From Chara braunii (Eukaryota; Plantae; Charophyceae), in contig BFEA01000006.1 of the NCBI GenBank assembly GCA_003427395.1, positions 7,919,382 to 7,983,381 on the forward strand: 64,000 nt of DNA. The letters run 5' to 3'. Both the position numbers and the translations under genes were made by a program. Under the pieces are notes generated by a model. That model ran no database searches. It saw nothing but the letters and a program-made list of their open reading frames with translations, and had not been told where the DNA came from. The first letter of the stretch is position 1; each line of letters begins with the position of its first letter. This document shows positions 24,527 to 36,560 of the stretch, piece by piece.

Positions 24527-27500
24527 CCATTACTACTGGGGACCCCACGAGGGTGTATTCAGCGCTGTGGGATTCCGGTTCTCGAGGCGACTTCATTCAC
24601 CCATGTGTGGTGAAAGAAGCCCGTTTACCCACGACATGGTCTCCGACTCCCATCTTCGTCACCCTAGGGGATGACAAGACCCAACGCTTCTTCGATCAGA
24701 TGGTCACCGACCTCCCTTTCTTCCTCACTCTCGAGCCGACTGATCGTCCCCCGACATCTCGTCGCCACCGCTCCTCTGCACATTTCGATGTGATGGAGAC
24801 GGGGTACAATTTCATTCTCGACACTCAATGGTCTCGTCGGTTCTACAACAACGAGACCGATTTGGGCGACTAACATTCTCGTTCTCAAAACGAAGTGCGG
24901 ACAGACGTATTGTGTGCCTTTCATCAGTACCACAGTGACACCACGTCCTGATCCTCCTCCCCCGGAACCTTCCGTGCCCACACCATCTCCTACGATCACT
25001 CTCACCTCGCCTCGGCAGTTCGCTCACTTCATTCGACTAGAGGACGTCAGCTTGTTTATGGTGAACGTTACGGATCTCTTACACTGTGATCCAGCCTGTC
25101 CCGACGCCGAGCTAATCCCTCTGGAGTCATATCCTCCTTCTATCTCCATGACTCCCATCTCTACTTCCCACCCTCCGCCGTCCGCCGAGTCCACCCCGTC
25201 GTCGCGCGCCAACGCTGACGCTGAAGAACTCGCACGCTATGCGGTCGACCTGGACAACAGAAAAATACCCATAAGAAATGAAAGTTGAAAAAACATTCTA
25301 TAAAAAAAAAATTATTCATATTTATAAATTATCATTCCAATGTTTGTCCAATTATCAAATTTTCAATTTAATTTGATAAGTTCTCGTTTAAATATGAGCT
25401 TCCCTTCCAACTACATCTATTTGTTCAAGATGGAATGAAAGTCTGGACAAGTTTATGAAATGTTTTAATTAAACTTTCATTCTACTACAACAAATATTGT
25501 CTAATTTAGATTGGATTAACCTATTTATGACTGGAAATCCTTACTTACAATGACAGTCCAATTAAAATATTTCATGAACTCATTCTGACTTTCATTCCAT
25601 CTCTAGTATGCAGTTCAAATAAGAAGGGATACCCCATTCTTGGAATGAAAGTTTTCAAAGTAGACGAAAAATTTTAAAATTGGAATGACATTTTTTAAGA
25701 TGAAATGAAAATTTAAAATTTAGAATGTAATTTTACTCTAGAATGATCATTTAATTTTGGAAAATTTTTCTGTTCGAGCCCGCAGTTCGTGACCTCATTC
25801 GAGAGTACCACCCATCGTCGTTCTCGTACGCCGGCATCCCACCGATGCGCAACGTCAAGCACTCCATCCAACTTGTGCCTGACTATCGTGTTCACCACCA
25901 GGCACCCTACAGACTCCCGATCCCCGAGGCCACCGAACTCAAGCGTCAGCTTGAGGAACTCCCGAGACTTGGTTTCATTAAGCCCAGCAACTCCCCTTGG
26001 GGTGCACCCGTCCTCTTTGTTCGCAAAGCGGATATAACTTTCCGTCTCTGCATTGACTATCATGGTCTCAACCGCTACACGGTTAAAAACAACTATCCCA
26101 TGCCCCGTTCCGACGAGCTGTTCGACCGCCTAACAGGCAACCGCTTCTTTACGAAGATTAATCTTCGTAGCGGTTACCATCAGATCCGCGTCGCTGCAGC
26201 GGACCAGTCGAAGACAACATCCTGATCGCGCTTCGGCCACTATGAGTTTACGGTGATGCCATTCGGCCTCACTAACACACCCGCTACCTTCCAAAGGGCG
26301 ATGAACGACATCTTCAGGAACATCCTGAAGCAGTATGTTCTCGTCTACCTCGACGATATCGTGGTCTACAGTCGTACCCTTGAGGAGCACCTCAGACACC
26401 TCTACGGCGTCCTTGACCACTTGCGAAGACATGGTTTCTACGCCAAGCTAAGCAAGTGTCGCTTTGCCCTGCGCAAAGTGAATTTCTTAGGACATTACGT
26501 GTCTGACCAAGGTCTCTACATGGACGACACGAAGATCACTGCTATTGCGGAGTGACCCGTCCCCACATCCGCCAAGCAGCTTCGCAGCTTCCTAGGCCTG
26601 ACCAGCTACTATAATAATTTCATCCAAGGTCCTTACCTCCACCCTCCTCCAGAAGAACCCGCCATGGGCTTGGACACCCCTCCACGAGGACACCTTCCGC
26701 GCCCTAAAAAAGGCGGTGACATGTGCACCGATTCTTCACCTATCCGATTTTGATCGCCCTTTCATCCTTACCACCGATGCGTCAGACTTTGCAGTAGGAG
26801 CAGTGCTTTCTCATATTTTTCCCTCCTCTCCTGATTCCTCAAATCCTCATTTCCCTCACTTCCCACTCCCTACCCCTACCACTGCCTCCCGCCTGACGCC
26901 TACTCATGCCGCTACTAACGAGCCTTCTATTGACCATTCTCCTACCATCGCCGAGGAGAGCACTGTCGAGTCTCGCTCAGGTGATTGTCTGATAGCCTTC
27001 TACTCCCATCAGCTCCTGCCCGCCAAGATAAACTACACCGCTGATAAACGTGAGGTTCTCGTTGTAGTTTATGCCGCTCGGCACTGGCGTCACTACCTGC
27101 ATGGGGCACCATTCACGGTGCGCACGGACAACTCTGTTGTCCAGGCTTTTCTAACAAAGTTGAAGCTCACTCCTTGATAGGCTTGCTGGAGGCGCGACCT
27201 ATCCGAGTTTAGTTTCACCACTGAGCACATCAAGGGTGAGACTAATCGAGTCGCAGATGCCTTATCGTGGCGCCCTGACCATGATCTGGAGCAGATCCAA
27301 CTCACTGCCATCTCGGTCACCACCGTCCACCACTCGGTGATCGACGAGTTTCACACTTAGTACCTCCACTGCCCCGACTATCGCGACATCCATGCAACCC
27401 TTCGGAGTGGCAAGACCATCCTGAACTACTCTCTTGGGGACAACGGTCTTGTATACTGGCATGGTTCACAGGGCACCAAAGAGCCCCGTATTTGCGATCC

Positions 27501-27600
27501 CTCCACTGGACAGCTACAAGTCCGGGCAGTAGCGAAGTTTTATGACCAGGCAGCCGCCGGTCATAAGGGCTTCCACAAGACGTTGACTCGTATGAGCCGC
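24527..27600 (+). pseudogene. pol: Chromovirus pol: protease, RT, RNase H (interrupted by MITE)
   Basis: ALWDSGSRGDFI; [20 protein letters not shown]; MPFGLTNTPATFQ; VYLDDIVVYS; TTDASDFAVGAVL; WRHYLHG. Confidence 0.9.
25256..25774. mobile_element. AT-rich MITE-like insertion in pol
   Basis: Abrupt AT-rich block with 11 bp TIR AACAGAAAAAT...ATTTTTCTGTT and internal TGGAATGA repeats; flanks rejoin as ...[14 protein letters not shown]. No clear TSD. Confidence 0.75.
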
Positions 27601-27619
27601 CTATACGAAGCGCAAGGAC

Positions 27620-28510
27620 CAGTGTCGTACCCCCGTTCACCGTTCACGGGGGATGTGAACGGGGACCGCTACCGTTTAGGAAAATCATGAACGCCGGTAG
27701 TCCACGGAGTTCACGCTGAGCGGGAACTCCGTTTTTTTTTTTTTTTTGCCTACTAGGGGTACTTTTTTTTTGTAGATGTGTGAGGACTGTGAAGGGGCTT
27801 CTGCCCATATATATATATATATTTTCGATCGGAATTTATTTTTTTTTTATTTTTGAAAAAAAAAAAAAAGCGGGGGGCCTTTTTTGCGTCAACGTTTCGT
27901 GTTCTTTCGGGCCTTTCGGCGGTGCAATAAAGCACCGACCATGACCGCNNNNNNNNNNNNNNNNNNNNNNNNNNNNNNNNNNNNNNNNNNNNNNNNNNNN
28001 NNNNNNNNNNNNNNNNNNNNNNNNNNNNNNNNNNNNNNNNNNNNNNNNNNNNNNNNNNNNNNNNNNNNNNNNNNNNNNNNNNNNNNNNNNNNNNNNNNNN
28101 NNNNNNNNNNNNNNNNNNNNNNNNNNNNNNNNNNNNNNNNNNNNNNNNNNNNNNNNNNNNNNNNNNNNNNNNNNNNNNNNNNNNNNNNNNNNNNNNNNNN
28201 NNNNNNNNNNNNNNNNNNNNNNNNNNNNNNNNNNNNNNNNNNNNNNNNNNNNNNNNNNNNNNNNNNNNNNNNNNNNNNNNNNNNNNNNNNNNNNNNNNNN
28301 NNNNNNNNNNNNNNNNGATTTGAAGGCACAAGGGTGTAGAAGGGCCCCACACCACTCCCCTCCCGCCCCCATCCCGACCACACCGCCGCCCCAGAGGGCA
28401 TAAACCCCGTGATTGACTCCCGTGAACGGCCGTTCACAGGATTTAGGTCTGGTGACCGGCCGGTCATGGGTGGGCGACCGGTGCCGGTCACGTTCACGGG
28501 GCAGGCACTG
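27620..28510. mobile_element. Non-autonomous hAT-like DNA transposon (contains gap)
   Basis: Perfect 8 bp TSD GCAAGGAC (27612-27619, 28511-28518); termini CAGTG...CACTG; subterminal CGTTCAC/GTGAAC repeats. Confidence 0.88.
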
Positions 28511-28518
28511 GCAAGGAC

Positions 28519-29917
28519 TTTGTGAAGGACTACGTCGCAGAGTGTCCCACCTGTGAGAAGGTGAACAATGCGAACCACTTGCCTTATGATTTGCGCCAAC
28601 CTTTTCCTATCCCTGAGGGTCGTTGGCAGTCCATCTCGATGGACTTTATCGGTCCTCTTCGTCCTCCGACCCCTTGCGGTCATGATGTTATCCTGGTCGT
28701 CGTCGATCACTTAACAAAGCGTGCACGCTTTGTTCCGTGCCACTATGCCATCAGTGCACGTGAGGTCGCCGACATTGTGTTTGACGGAGTGGTGCGTGAC
28801 CACGACTTACCTCTAAGCATCATATCTGACCGTGAGTGACCCGCGCTTTACCAACCGATTCTGGCGATGGCTCCACGAGGTTTACGGAACCGAGCTCCGC
28901 TTCTCCTTGTCTTACCATCCCCAGACTGATGGTCAGACAAAGGTCACGAACAAGACTGTCGGAGATATTCTTCGAAAGATTGTTCGTAACGACCAGCAGT
29001 GGGATCTCCATCTTGCCCATACGGAGATAGCCTACAACCACGCCGTCTCGCCTTCCACGGGGATGTCGCCATACTATTGCGACCTTGGTTATCACCCTCG
29101 TGTTCTCACGGACTTCCTTCGACTGTCACAGATGCACCCCAACATGAGTTGTCCTGTGCTGGATGATTGGGTTGCACACATGACGTCGATCATGAAGACC
29201 ACGCATCAGCACATAGCCGCTTCCCAAATTCGCATGGCAGCACGTGTGAACCGAGCGAGGATGGATCATTCATTCAAAGTCGGTGATGATGTGCTTATCG
29301 ACGCCCGCCACTTACAGCTCGAAGTGGACACGCTTCACAAGTTTCGGCGTCGCTGCTTTGGCCCATGCCACATTCTCCAGGCCTTTGGTTTTGATACGAC
29401 ATCTAGCCCAGTCAACTTACGTGTGAAGTTGTCCGACTACCTACGCCAGGCTCGTGTGCACGATGTCTGTCACGTCTCGTTACTGCGTCCCTACCGCAGA
29501 CCGTCTGAGCGTTTCGCTGGACGACCATACGAGCGCCCTCCACCCATCATGGTGGACGACCACGAGGAGTTGCTCGTTTCAGACATCATTGGTCACACTG
29601 CCAGAGTCATCGGCAACAACCCTTCCCATGTCGAGTATCTCGCACGTTGGAAGGGTTACCTTGATGAGGAAGCTAATTGGGAGTCCCTCGACCACTTGCA
29701 ACATGCTCGCATGTTGGTGTGTGCCTATGACCGTGCTCGTCACGCTGGGTTGACTGGTCCTCCTCAACCCACTGACCCTCCTCCTTCTCCCTCGGTTGAG
29801 GAGACCGCTGAAGTTGAGCCTGGTCCATCTGANGCAGACCTTCAGCAGCAGCCGGATGTTTCTAAGCCTCCACAGCGCACTCGTCGTTGTCCTGCTCGAT
29901 ACGACGATTGGCTCTGA
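28519..29917 (+). pseudogene. pol: Chromovirus integrase with C-terminal chromodomain
   Basis: CPTC, WQSISMDFI, IISDR, YHPQTDGQT, FGPC, and chromodomain EYLARWKGYLDEEANWESLDHL. Confidence 0.92.
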
Positions 29918-31392
29918 CTTATCTTCCCACGTCTTTGACTTCTCAGTACTCCATCCACTCCATTCCACTTCAGCTCGTCGACGTTGGGGCTCTTCCTCGA
30001 CGACATTCTGGACTTTTCATCATGAACGTCATCAACAGCTTCATGGACTTCATCACTTTCAGCTCTGCCTACTTCAGACGTCGTCACTCTCTTACCACCT
30101 TACCCTGTACAGTACCCTGGTTGTGTCGCATGATGGTCTCCCTTCGCCGGGTTCCTCTGAGTTGGGCTCTCCATTGGTATACACAGGCATCAGGACCGTT
30201 GCGTCGCCTTGGCTTCCTAGCCTACGGATCCAGCTCCGACTTCCCCACCTTAGGAGTTATTTGCATGATTCCCTTACCCATCACTTTTTCTACCCCCTGT
30301 CGGCCCTCATGCCCTAGTCAGGCAGCCTCGCATGCTTCATCTAGGTGCGCCCAGTATACCAGGCTCCCTTGTTCCCTTGCATGATCGACCCTCCATGGCG
30401 GTCACCCCTTTAGTCGAGCATTACCCGCCCTAATGGTCTATCTGTTAGGGTCATTGGTTCTGTTCGCTGCCAGTTCCCTACCCTCATTGAGCCTGATGAC
30501 ATGTGTCCTCCTGTCATTATGTGTGGATGCCCTTAAGAGCTATCGACCCCTAAGCTGCATTTCGCCACCCTCAGAGACCATCCCACCCTTTGGTTTGCGA
30601 CGCACTCCTCCTGTGACATATGGTTGTCTTGTTGTTGCTTTGTTGCTCTCAGACTGAGGCTACTTCCTCCGACATTTCTAGGATTTAGTTGTTCTACTTT
30701 TGCTGTTCTTAGGACTTATACACTAGTCAGTTGTTTCCAGACTGAGGCTACTGCCTCGAACATTCTAGGATCTAGCTGACATTACTTTCTGCTTTCCTAG
30801 GACATGTATGCTAGTTAGTTGGTTCTACTTTTACTTGGGCTGTTAGCTGTGACATTGCTGTTTTTGTGACATTTTCTATCCTAGGTTGCATCGCATGGAC
30901 TCAACATGGAGCTTGCTACGCATCCTAGACTGCTCACGCTTTCTTTTTCTCTGGTAGGGTTCCGCTTCTTGGCGGAAGCGTGCTTGTATGTAGGCGATTC
31001 ATCACAGGTTGAGGATCGTGTAGCGGACCTCTGGTTGGCCTGTGAGACCAGCCCCTTGGCCTGTTCTCACAATCCTGTGTTTTATTCGGGGTAGTCCAGT
31101 CCAGGCCGGTACCTCGGTCAGTACCAGTCAGTCTGCTGGGGTATGCCCCAACTGTTGTATGTTTGTGAGATTCATTCTACATTCGCACACTTTGGAGTAC
31201 GTAAGTTGGAGTCTACCGTGGGAGCTGCGCTGTGCCATCTCGCTCCCCTTTCTTCCTCCATCTCCATCTCTATCCCAGGCGGAGTATCACACCTGGTGGG
31301 TCCGCCACATAATTTGGATGTAACGTTGAAGCAAATGTTGTTAATTTTATTCTTCTGCATAACATACATTGTTTTCAGATTTTTTGGAATTC

Positions 31393-31457
<65 letters not shown>

Positions 31458-31469
31458 GGTTCCTGTTTG

Positions 31470-31559
31470 GCCGAACGGCCGAACGTGTCGAGAGGGGATG
31501 CTGAACGTTCGGGCATTCGGGTTCGGGTGTTCGACCCGTCCCGAACGCCGGCAACCCTG
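31470..31559 (-). mobile_element. Terminal fragment of a hAT-like MITE (CAGGGTTGC end) next to a poly(T) run
   Basis: Ends GGCAACCCTG, rich in CCGAAC/GTTCGG subterminal motifs; inverted homologue at 38581-38660. Confidence 0.55.
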
Positions 31560-32314
31560 ATGCAGAAAGCTTAACTGAACATTTTTTCCTCGGTATCATG
31601 TTGAAATCCTTTATTAGATTAAACTTAAAAACATAAAAAAAAAAGGATTCTTGATTTTCAATTTTGGTTCGGCTGGGCAAATGGTCACGGGCGTCTCTGG
31701 TAGCCTATACAAACATTGAATAATGGATGCAATTTACCTATGAGGCTATGACTGCCAAGAAAAACATTTATTATTACTTGGCAATTTGGCAAACGACTTT
31801 ATCCCGCTTTCTCTATTGCTTGCTCTAACCTTTAAATTTCTTCCAAATCTTCCCCACTTCTCTTTTCCTTTCATCAAGGGGGGTATGACCCTCCCTTGTT
31901 GGTAAATTAATCCATCAGTAAGTAACATACTCACAAACATTGACTTCGAATTTTGGATGCTGAAATTTCGACCACCATCTGCAGGGCACATTAATTTTGG
32001 AATCGGAGACCTCGAGATTGCAGAACTTTTTCACAAGACTTTGAGGGACTTTCATGTTTTCTTCTTGAACTGCAGCCTGATTTCCCAAAAGTGATATGAG
32101 AAGAACCGCAGCCCAGTGCCAGAACCCTTGTCAGTGGTAGAGGGGTACTACTCGAACTGTGCATTTCTCCGGCTCCGTTGACAAGTCGTGGACCGTCTGT
32201 TTGCCCGTAAGGTTAAGCAGAGTTAAAAGAGAGTTCCAAAATTGATTTCACAGGGTGACGGGTCCCTTCGCTTGGAAGCAGTAATCAGAGTTGGACTCCT
32301 AAGACTATCATTGC

Positions 32315-34555
32315 ATGATGGGGGATGGTAATGGAACAGGTGACCTTCAACTGCTGACAAAGTTTGAGAGGAAAGGAAATGACATATTGGATGGTGGTTG
32401 TGAATGGAAGTTGATTATCCACCTGCATCCTACTAAGCCATGGGCCATATTTACACCTGACCAAAAGTCAGTGCAAGTGTGGAGCTGTGAGGATGGAACA
32501 CAGGTTGACTCTTGGGTAATCCCTTATGTGACAGATGCTTGGGAAGTTGCATTTACTGGACAGAAAGACTGGATTCTGGTGAAGCGAGATAAGAGCCTTG
32601 AGGTGTATGAAAGGCAAGGGTCCAACGTGCGGTGTATAAAGGTGCTAACCACAGAAACTGGTGAAAAGCAAACCTATCGAATGGCAATCCATCCGACCTT
32701 GCCTTGTTTATTGGCGAGTTTTGGAGGTCAGAAAAATATTTATATGTGGCGGTGGCACCCTGAATGGGAGAAGGTAACATTTGGAGGATATTCCACTGAG
32801 GTATTTCGAGTGGTGTTTCATCCGACGGAGCCACAGATCCTTGCAGGCGCGGATGATAATGAAATCAAAGTATGGAACATGGAGAAAAGGTGTGTTATCC
32901 AAACCCTGAAGGATAGCGGCGAGGGGTGGGTGTTTCGTCTGGGATTTGGCACTGGGCTCCAAAAGTCTCTTCTGATCTCATCCCGCCTTTACGAAGGGAG
33001 TGTCCGGGTCTGGGACTACGAGAGAGGGGTCTGCATACTGAAATGGGAAGCGCACAAGCAACCAGTAGTATCAGCCTTTTTTCATCCACGCTTGCCATAC
33101 ATATTCACTGCAGCAAGCGATGGAGAAATAAAAGTCTGGAGCAACTCACACTTAGTCCACCGGCTAGTCCTATCCTACAATTGTCCATGGAATGGGGAGG
33201 TTCGGCGGATGCATCCATGCGAGAAGTCTAACTTGCTTGTTCTTAGCGGTAAGGGCGAGTTCCGTGTACTTCAAGTAACTTGTACTCTGATGGGGTTAAC
33301 GGAGAAGATTGAGCAAGTGTTTGAAGAATTGGAAGCAGAGCGTCAGGGAGTCCAGAAGCTGGAGAAAGAGTTAAGACAAAAGATTCAGGAGGTGGAAAAG
33401 AAAATGGCAGGAGAGGCTAAGTTGAAGGCACATCTTGCAGATAGGATCTCTCAACTGTGTCAGCTTGTGTCTGAAAGAGAAAGACAAGCACAGAAAGACG
33501 CGACGTCCAGAGCAGATTTGGAGCAAAGAATCTCTAAGCTGGAGTCTGAGAGAGAGAGACTGGCCAAGAAAGTTCAGGAAATTGAGAAAAGATTGCAAGA
33601 AGATGTTGGTGATGTGGAGACAATTTGCATTCCTTTGCTCCAAGAGTTTTCAAGCGAGGAAATCCAGGTTGCTACAGAAAATCTTGTTGTGAAGTGGAAG
33701 TTTGAACAGGGGGATCAGCATGAAGATGTATATCGGGGAAAACTGAGCGATGGCACTCTTGTTATGGTGAAGAAGATGAGAGATGCAAGTATGCAAGCGA
33801 TTTCTCACGACACGTTGAAGTCAAAGGTCGTCGATAGGTTGAGATTGCTTCGGCATCCCCATGTCTTGACCCTGCTAGGAGTCTGCTACGAAGAGAGTTG
33901 TCTGGTTTACGAGTATATGGCACGTGGAACTGTGAAAGATTGGATCTCATGTACAAGACAAAGCGCATGGTATGCCCGCTTCCGCGTAATGGCAGAGGTT
34001 GCTAGAGGACTGTGCTTCCTCCATTCCGATCCGCTGGGCACTGGTGGTCCCATCATCCACTCTGCCATCACATCAACAACCATCTTTCTGGATGACAACT
34101 TTGTTGCAAGGATTGGTTATGTTGATCGCGCGCTGCTCGATTCAGAACCTGCCCAAGGAGCGGAGAAGAGAGAGGCGGTCTCTCAACTGTTCAACAAACA
34201 TAACTCCCACTATGTTGCTCCAGAGTACTGGCATTCCCAAGCTTTCAATGAGAAGACAGATGTCTTTGCCTTCGGCATCACTCTTCTGGAGATGCTCACT
34301 GGAAATTTCTCAAATGCATTCGAAGTTATTGAGGAAGCTATTGAAGATGATAATGCCTTTCAGAATGCTCTGGATCGCAATGCAGGTGATTGGGATTTCG
34401 GTCTGGCTCAGAAAGTGGCGAGCTTGGGTTTGTGTTGTGCCAGCTACAACAGACGCAAGCGACCAAACATGACGGCACCCGACACAGGCATCCTAGCCAT
34501 ACTGGAGGGAGTTGCAAGCAAGGTAGAGCTCGCAGCATCCATGGAAAATGAATAG
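32315..34555 (+). CDS. WD40 (beta'-COP/Sec27-like propeller) - coiled coil - RLK/Pelle-type pseudokinase, 746 aa, single exon
   Basis: Uninterrupted ORF. LHPTKPW, IHPTLPCLL, FHPTEPQIL...IKVWN, VRVWDYERGVC...FHPRLPYIFTAASDGEIKVW match coatomer beta' repeats. E/K/Q-rich coil. Kinase motifs VYRG.LSDGT.V.VKK, RHPH, LVYEYM, VAPEY, TDVFAFG, but HRD is HSA and DFG is absent. Confidence 0.92.
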   Translation: MMGDGNGTGDLQLLTKFERKGNDILDGGCEWKLIIHLHPTKPWAIFTPDQKSVQVWSCEDGTQVDSWVIPYVTDAWEVAFTGQKDWILVKRDKSLEVYERQGSNVRCIKVLTTETGEKQTYRMAIHPTLPCLLASFGGQKNIYMWRWHPEWEKVTFGGYSTEVFRVVFHPTEPQILAGADDNEIKVWNMEKRCVIQTLKDSGEGWVFRLGFGTGLQKSLLISSRLYEGSVRVWDYERGVCILKWEAHKQPVVSAFFHPRLPYIFTAASDGEIKVWSNSHLVHRLVLSYNCPWNGEVRRMHPCEKSNLLVLSGKGEFRVLQVTCTLMGLTEKIEQVFEELEAERQGVQKLEKELRQKIQEVEKKMAGEAKLKAHLADRISQLCQLVSERERQAQKDATSRADLEQRISKLESERERLAKKVQEIEKRLQEDVGDVETICIPLLQEFSSEEIQVATENLVVKWKFEQGDQHEDVYRGKLSDGTLVMVKKMRDASMQAISHDTLKSKVVDRLRLLRHPHVLTLLGVCYEESCLVYEYMARGTVKDWISCTRQSAWYARFRVMAEVARGLCFLHSDPLGTGGPIIHSAITSTTIFLDDNFVARIGYVDRALLDSEPAQGAEKREAVSQLFNKHNSHYVAPEYWHSQAFNEKTDVFAFGITLLEMLTGNFSNAFEVIEEAIEDDNAFQNALDRNAGDWDFGLAQKVASLGLCCASYNRRKRPNMTAPDTGILAILEGVASKVELAASMENE

Positions 34556-35699
34556 AAAGTTGGGGGTGTGTCTGTCTGATGATACATAGCAGGCCAGGCG
34601 ACAATATTGCCAGTGGGGGTCAGGGCATAGTCCTGCAATGGATGCCTAAGTGCAGGTTTGGCTCCCTGTTGTCTTTTTTTTTTTTTGCAATCTCTTCTTG
34701 ACATCCTGTTTTCTTTTTCGCTTTTCCCCAAATTGAATCTTTTCCTCTGAGAGAGAGAGAGGCGTCGTAGGGGACATTCATATGATGTCAGCAAGTCAGT
34801 GACTTGAATTGTTGGGACTCCCGACAAGCAGGCCCATCAAGGGCTGATATAGATATTCTGAGGAGATTGGATTTGAGATGCCCTTGCTGGATGAACCTGA
34901 GCCATGGAAAGTCCTGAACCCCCTTTGGAGGCAATCCATTGGCAAGCGATGGGAAGCCTTGCACCTGAGTCCGAGTTACATGCAGTGCCGAAACCTGCAA
35001 CGTCCAGGGCTGACTTGAGGTTGGAGGTCCACTGAGCTTCTAAGACAGGGCTGCATCCTTTTCCAAGTTCTCTTTTTGGTTGTGCAGATCTAAATTGTTC
35101 TGGTCAGTCAGGATGGTGTCAGCTTGGATCAGGCAGGATCATCCGTTTTGCTCGATAGCATCATAATTGACGTTCTTTGGTGGACGAGAATGATAACTGT
35201 TAGTGTAAACTTACTAGACTCCTACTATTCAAGTGCGGCTGTTGATCAACGTTGTGCCGAGTTATGGTTGCGAAGGATTTCAATATGCATAACAGGACAT
35301 TGTCAAGATCTACGGGTTATAATTGTAGATTAAGTGTTGAGGGGCCCTTGCATGTTGCAGGCTGTGACTGCTGGGGAGGTCCTGGAGTATTTTGTACGAG
35401 GACAACGGACAACAGACTTGTAGAATAGACATTGACGTCTTTTTTTTTTCACTAGAAGACAGCTGAGGGTGGGTTTCACCATTAGAGATTGGGCCATTTC
35501 AGCAGCTAGTAAGGAAGTACAGGTGTCGTACTGCCAAGGGATAGGGATTCCAGTATGCAAAATGTAATGACCCACCAAAACACAGTCTAAGAACGCTGCT
35601 GATTTCTGGGATTTGCCGCTGGAATGTATGCCTCGCTGAGATTCCCACATTCTGCTGTGATTTCTAAGTCTGTGTGCGTGCGTGCCTGCTGGTCTGTGT

Positions 35700-36560
35700 G
35701 CCTGTCTGAGTGGTTGACGGCCTGAGTGTGTGTGTGACCCGCAAGGGTGCTTGTACTTACCTGTGGCCGTGGCGTTGAGGGTTGCAGCGGGGGAAAACAC
35801 TCAAGTGGCGGGGGTAAGCCCGCAAAACTTAAAGCAGCGAGAAAAACACTCAAGTAGCAGATAGGCCGATACCACCACTCAAGTAGTGGTAGAAGTGTCG
35901 GGTACTGGAGGCCGAGAAGAAGAAGAAAAAACGTTGGCATTTTTAGAGGCCCAGTAGCGGTAGGTTAAAGGTAGGCCGGAACCAGTCCAAGCAGAGTCTA
36001 GGGCCTGTACGGATGGTATCAGAGCCTGCAATGGTGTTTCCCTCTGAAAGGGAGGAGGTACCGGTCACTGGGAGGCCGTGCGGCCTAGGAAGTCACCGCC
36101 CAAGAGGCAAGTAGGCCGCTATATCTTCAGGAGGAGCAAGTAGCTCCTCCTCATTTCTGGTGTGCAAGGGTTGGCAACATACTGCTGGAGCCAAGCGCTA
36201 GACTTGGAGCGCTGCCTGGAGGAGGAGAGCAGCTGGGAGCTCAGCCTGGCTATGGCGAGCAGCCCAGCCTGCGGAGGAGGAAGAAGGGGGGCGAAGGAGG
36301 AAAGTGGCGAGGTACCTACCTTGCTATGGTGGACACCATCTTCGTCACCTTGTTAGGCGCTGCATCTGGAAGGCCCCAGTTGGGGTAGTGCCGCACCAAG
36401 GAAGGTCAAGGCAGAGTCGGGCATGGCGGCATGAGGAGCAGCGGCATAGCTGCTTTGTGTTGTCCTTTGGACAGGAGGGCAGAGCCCTTAGTAGTCCACC
36501 ATAGCCTAGGCATGTGAGAGGAGGAAGAAGGGGGGAAGCCATGGCTATAGTGGACCTGTT
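35700..36560 (+). mobile_element. Truncated LTR-retrotransposon remnant with tRNA-iMet PBS (boundaries approximate)
   Basis: TGGTATCAGAGCC at 36014-36026 followed by a GC/purine-rich broken gag-like stretch; no pol. Confidence 0.5.

Larger units (their letters stand above)
1330..31310 (+). mobile_element. Decayed Ty3/gypsy chromovirus, host of three nested insertions; outer boundaries approximate
   Basis: Domain order gag (1586-2605), PR (ALWDSG, ~24560), RT (YLDD, ~26347), RNase H (TTDASDFAVGAVL), integrase, chromodomain, all on + strand with stops and frameshifts. Its LTRs could not be delimited. Confidence 0.85.
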
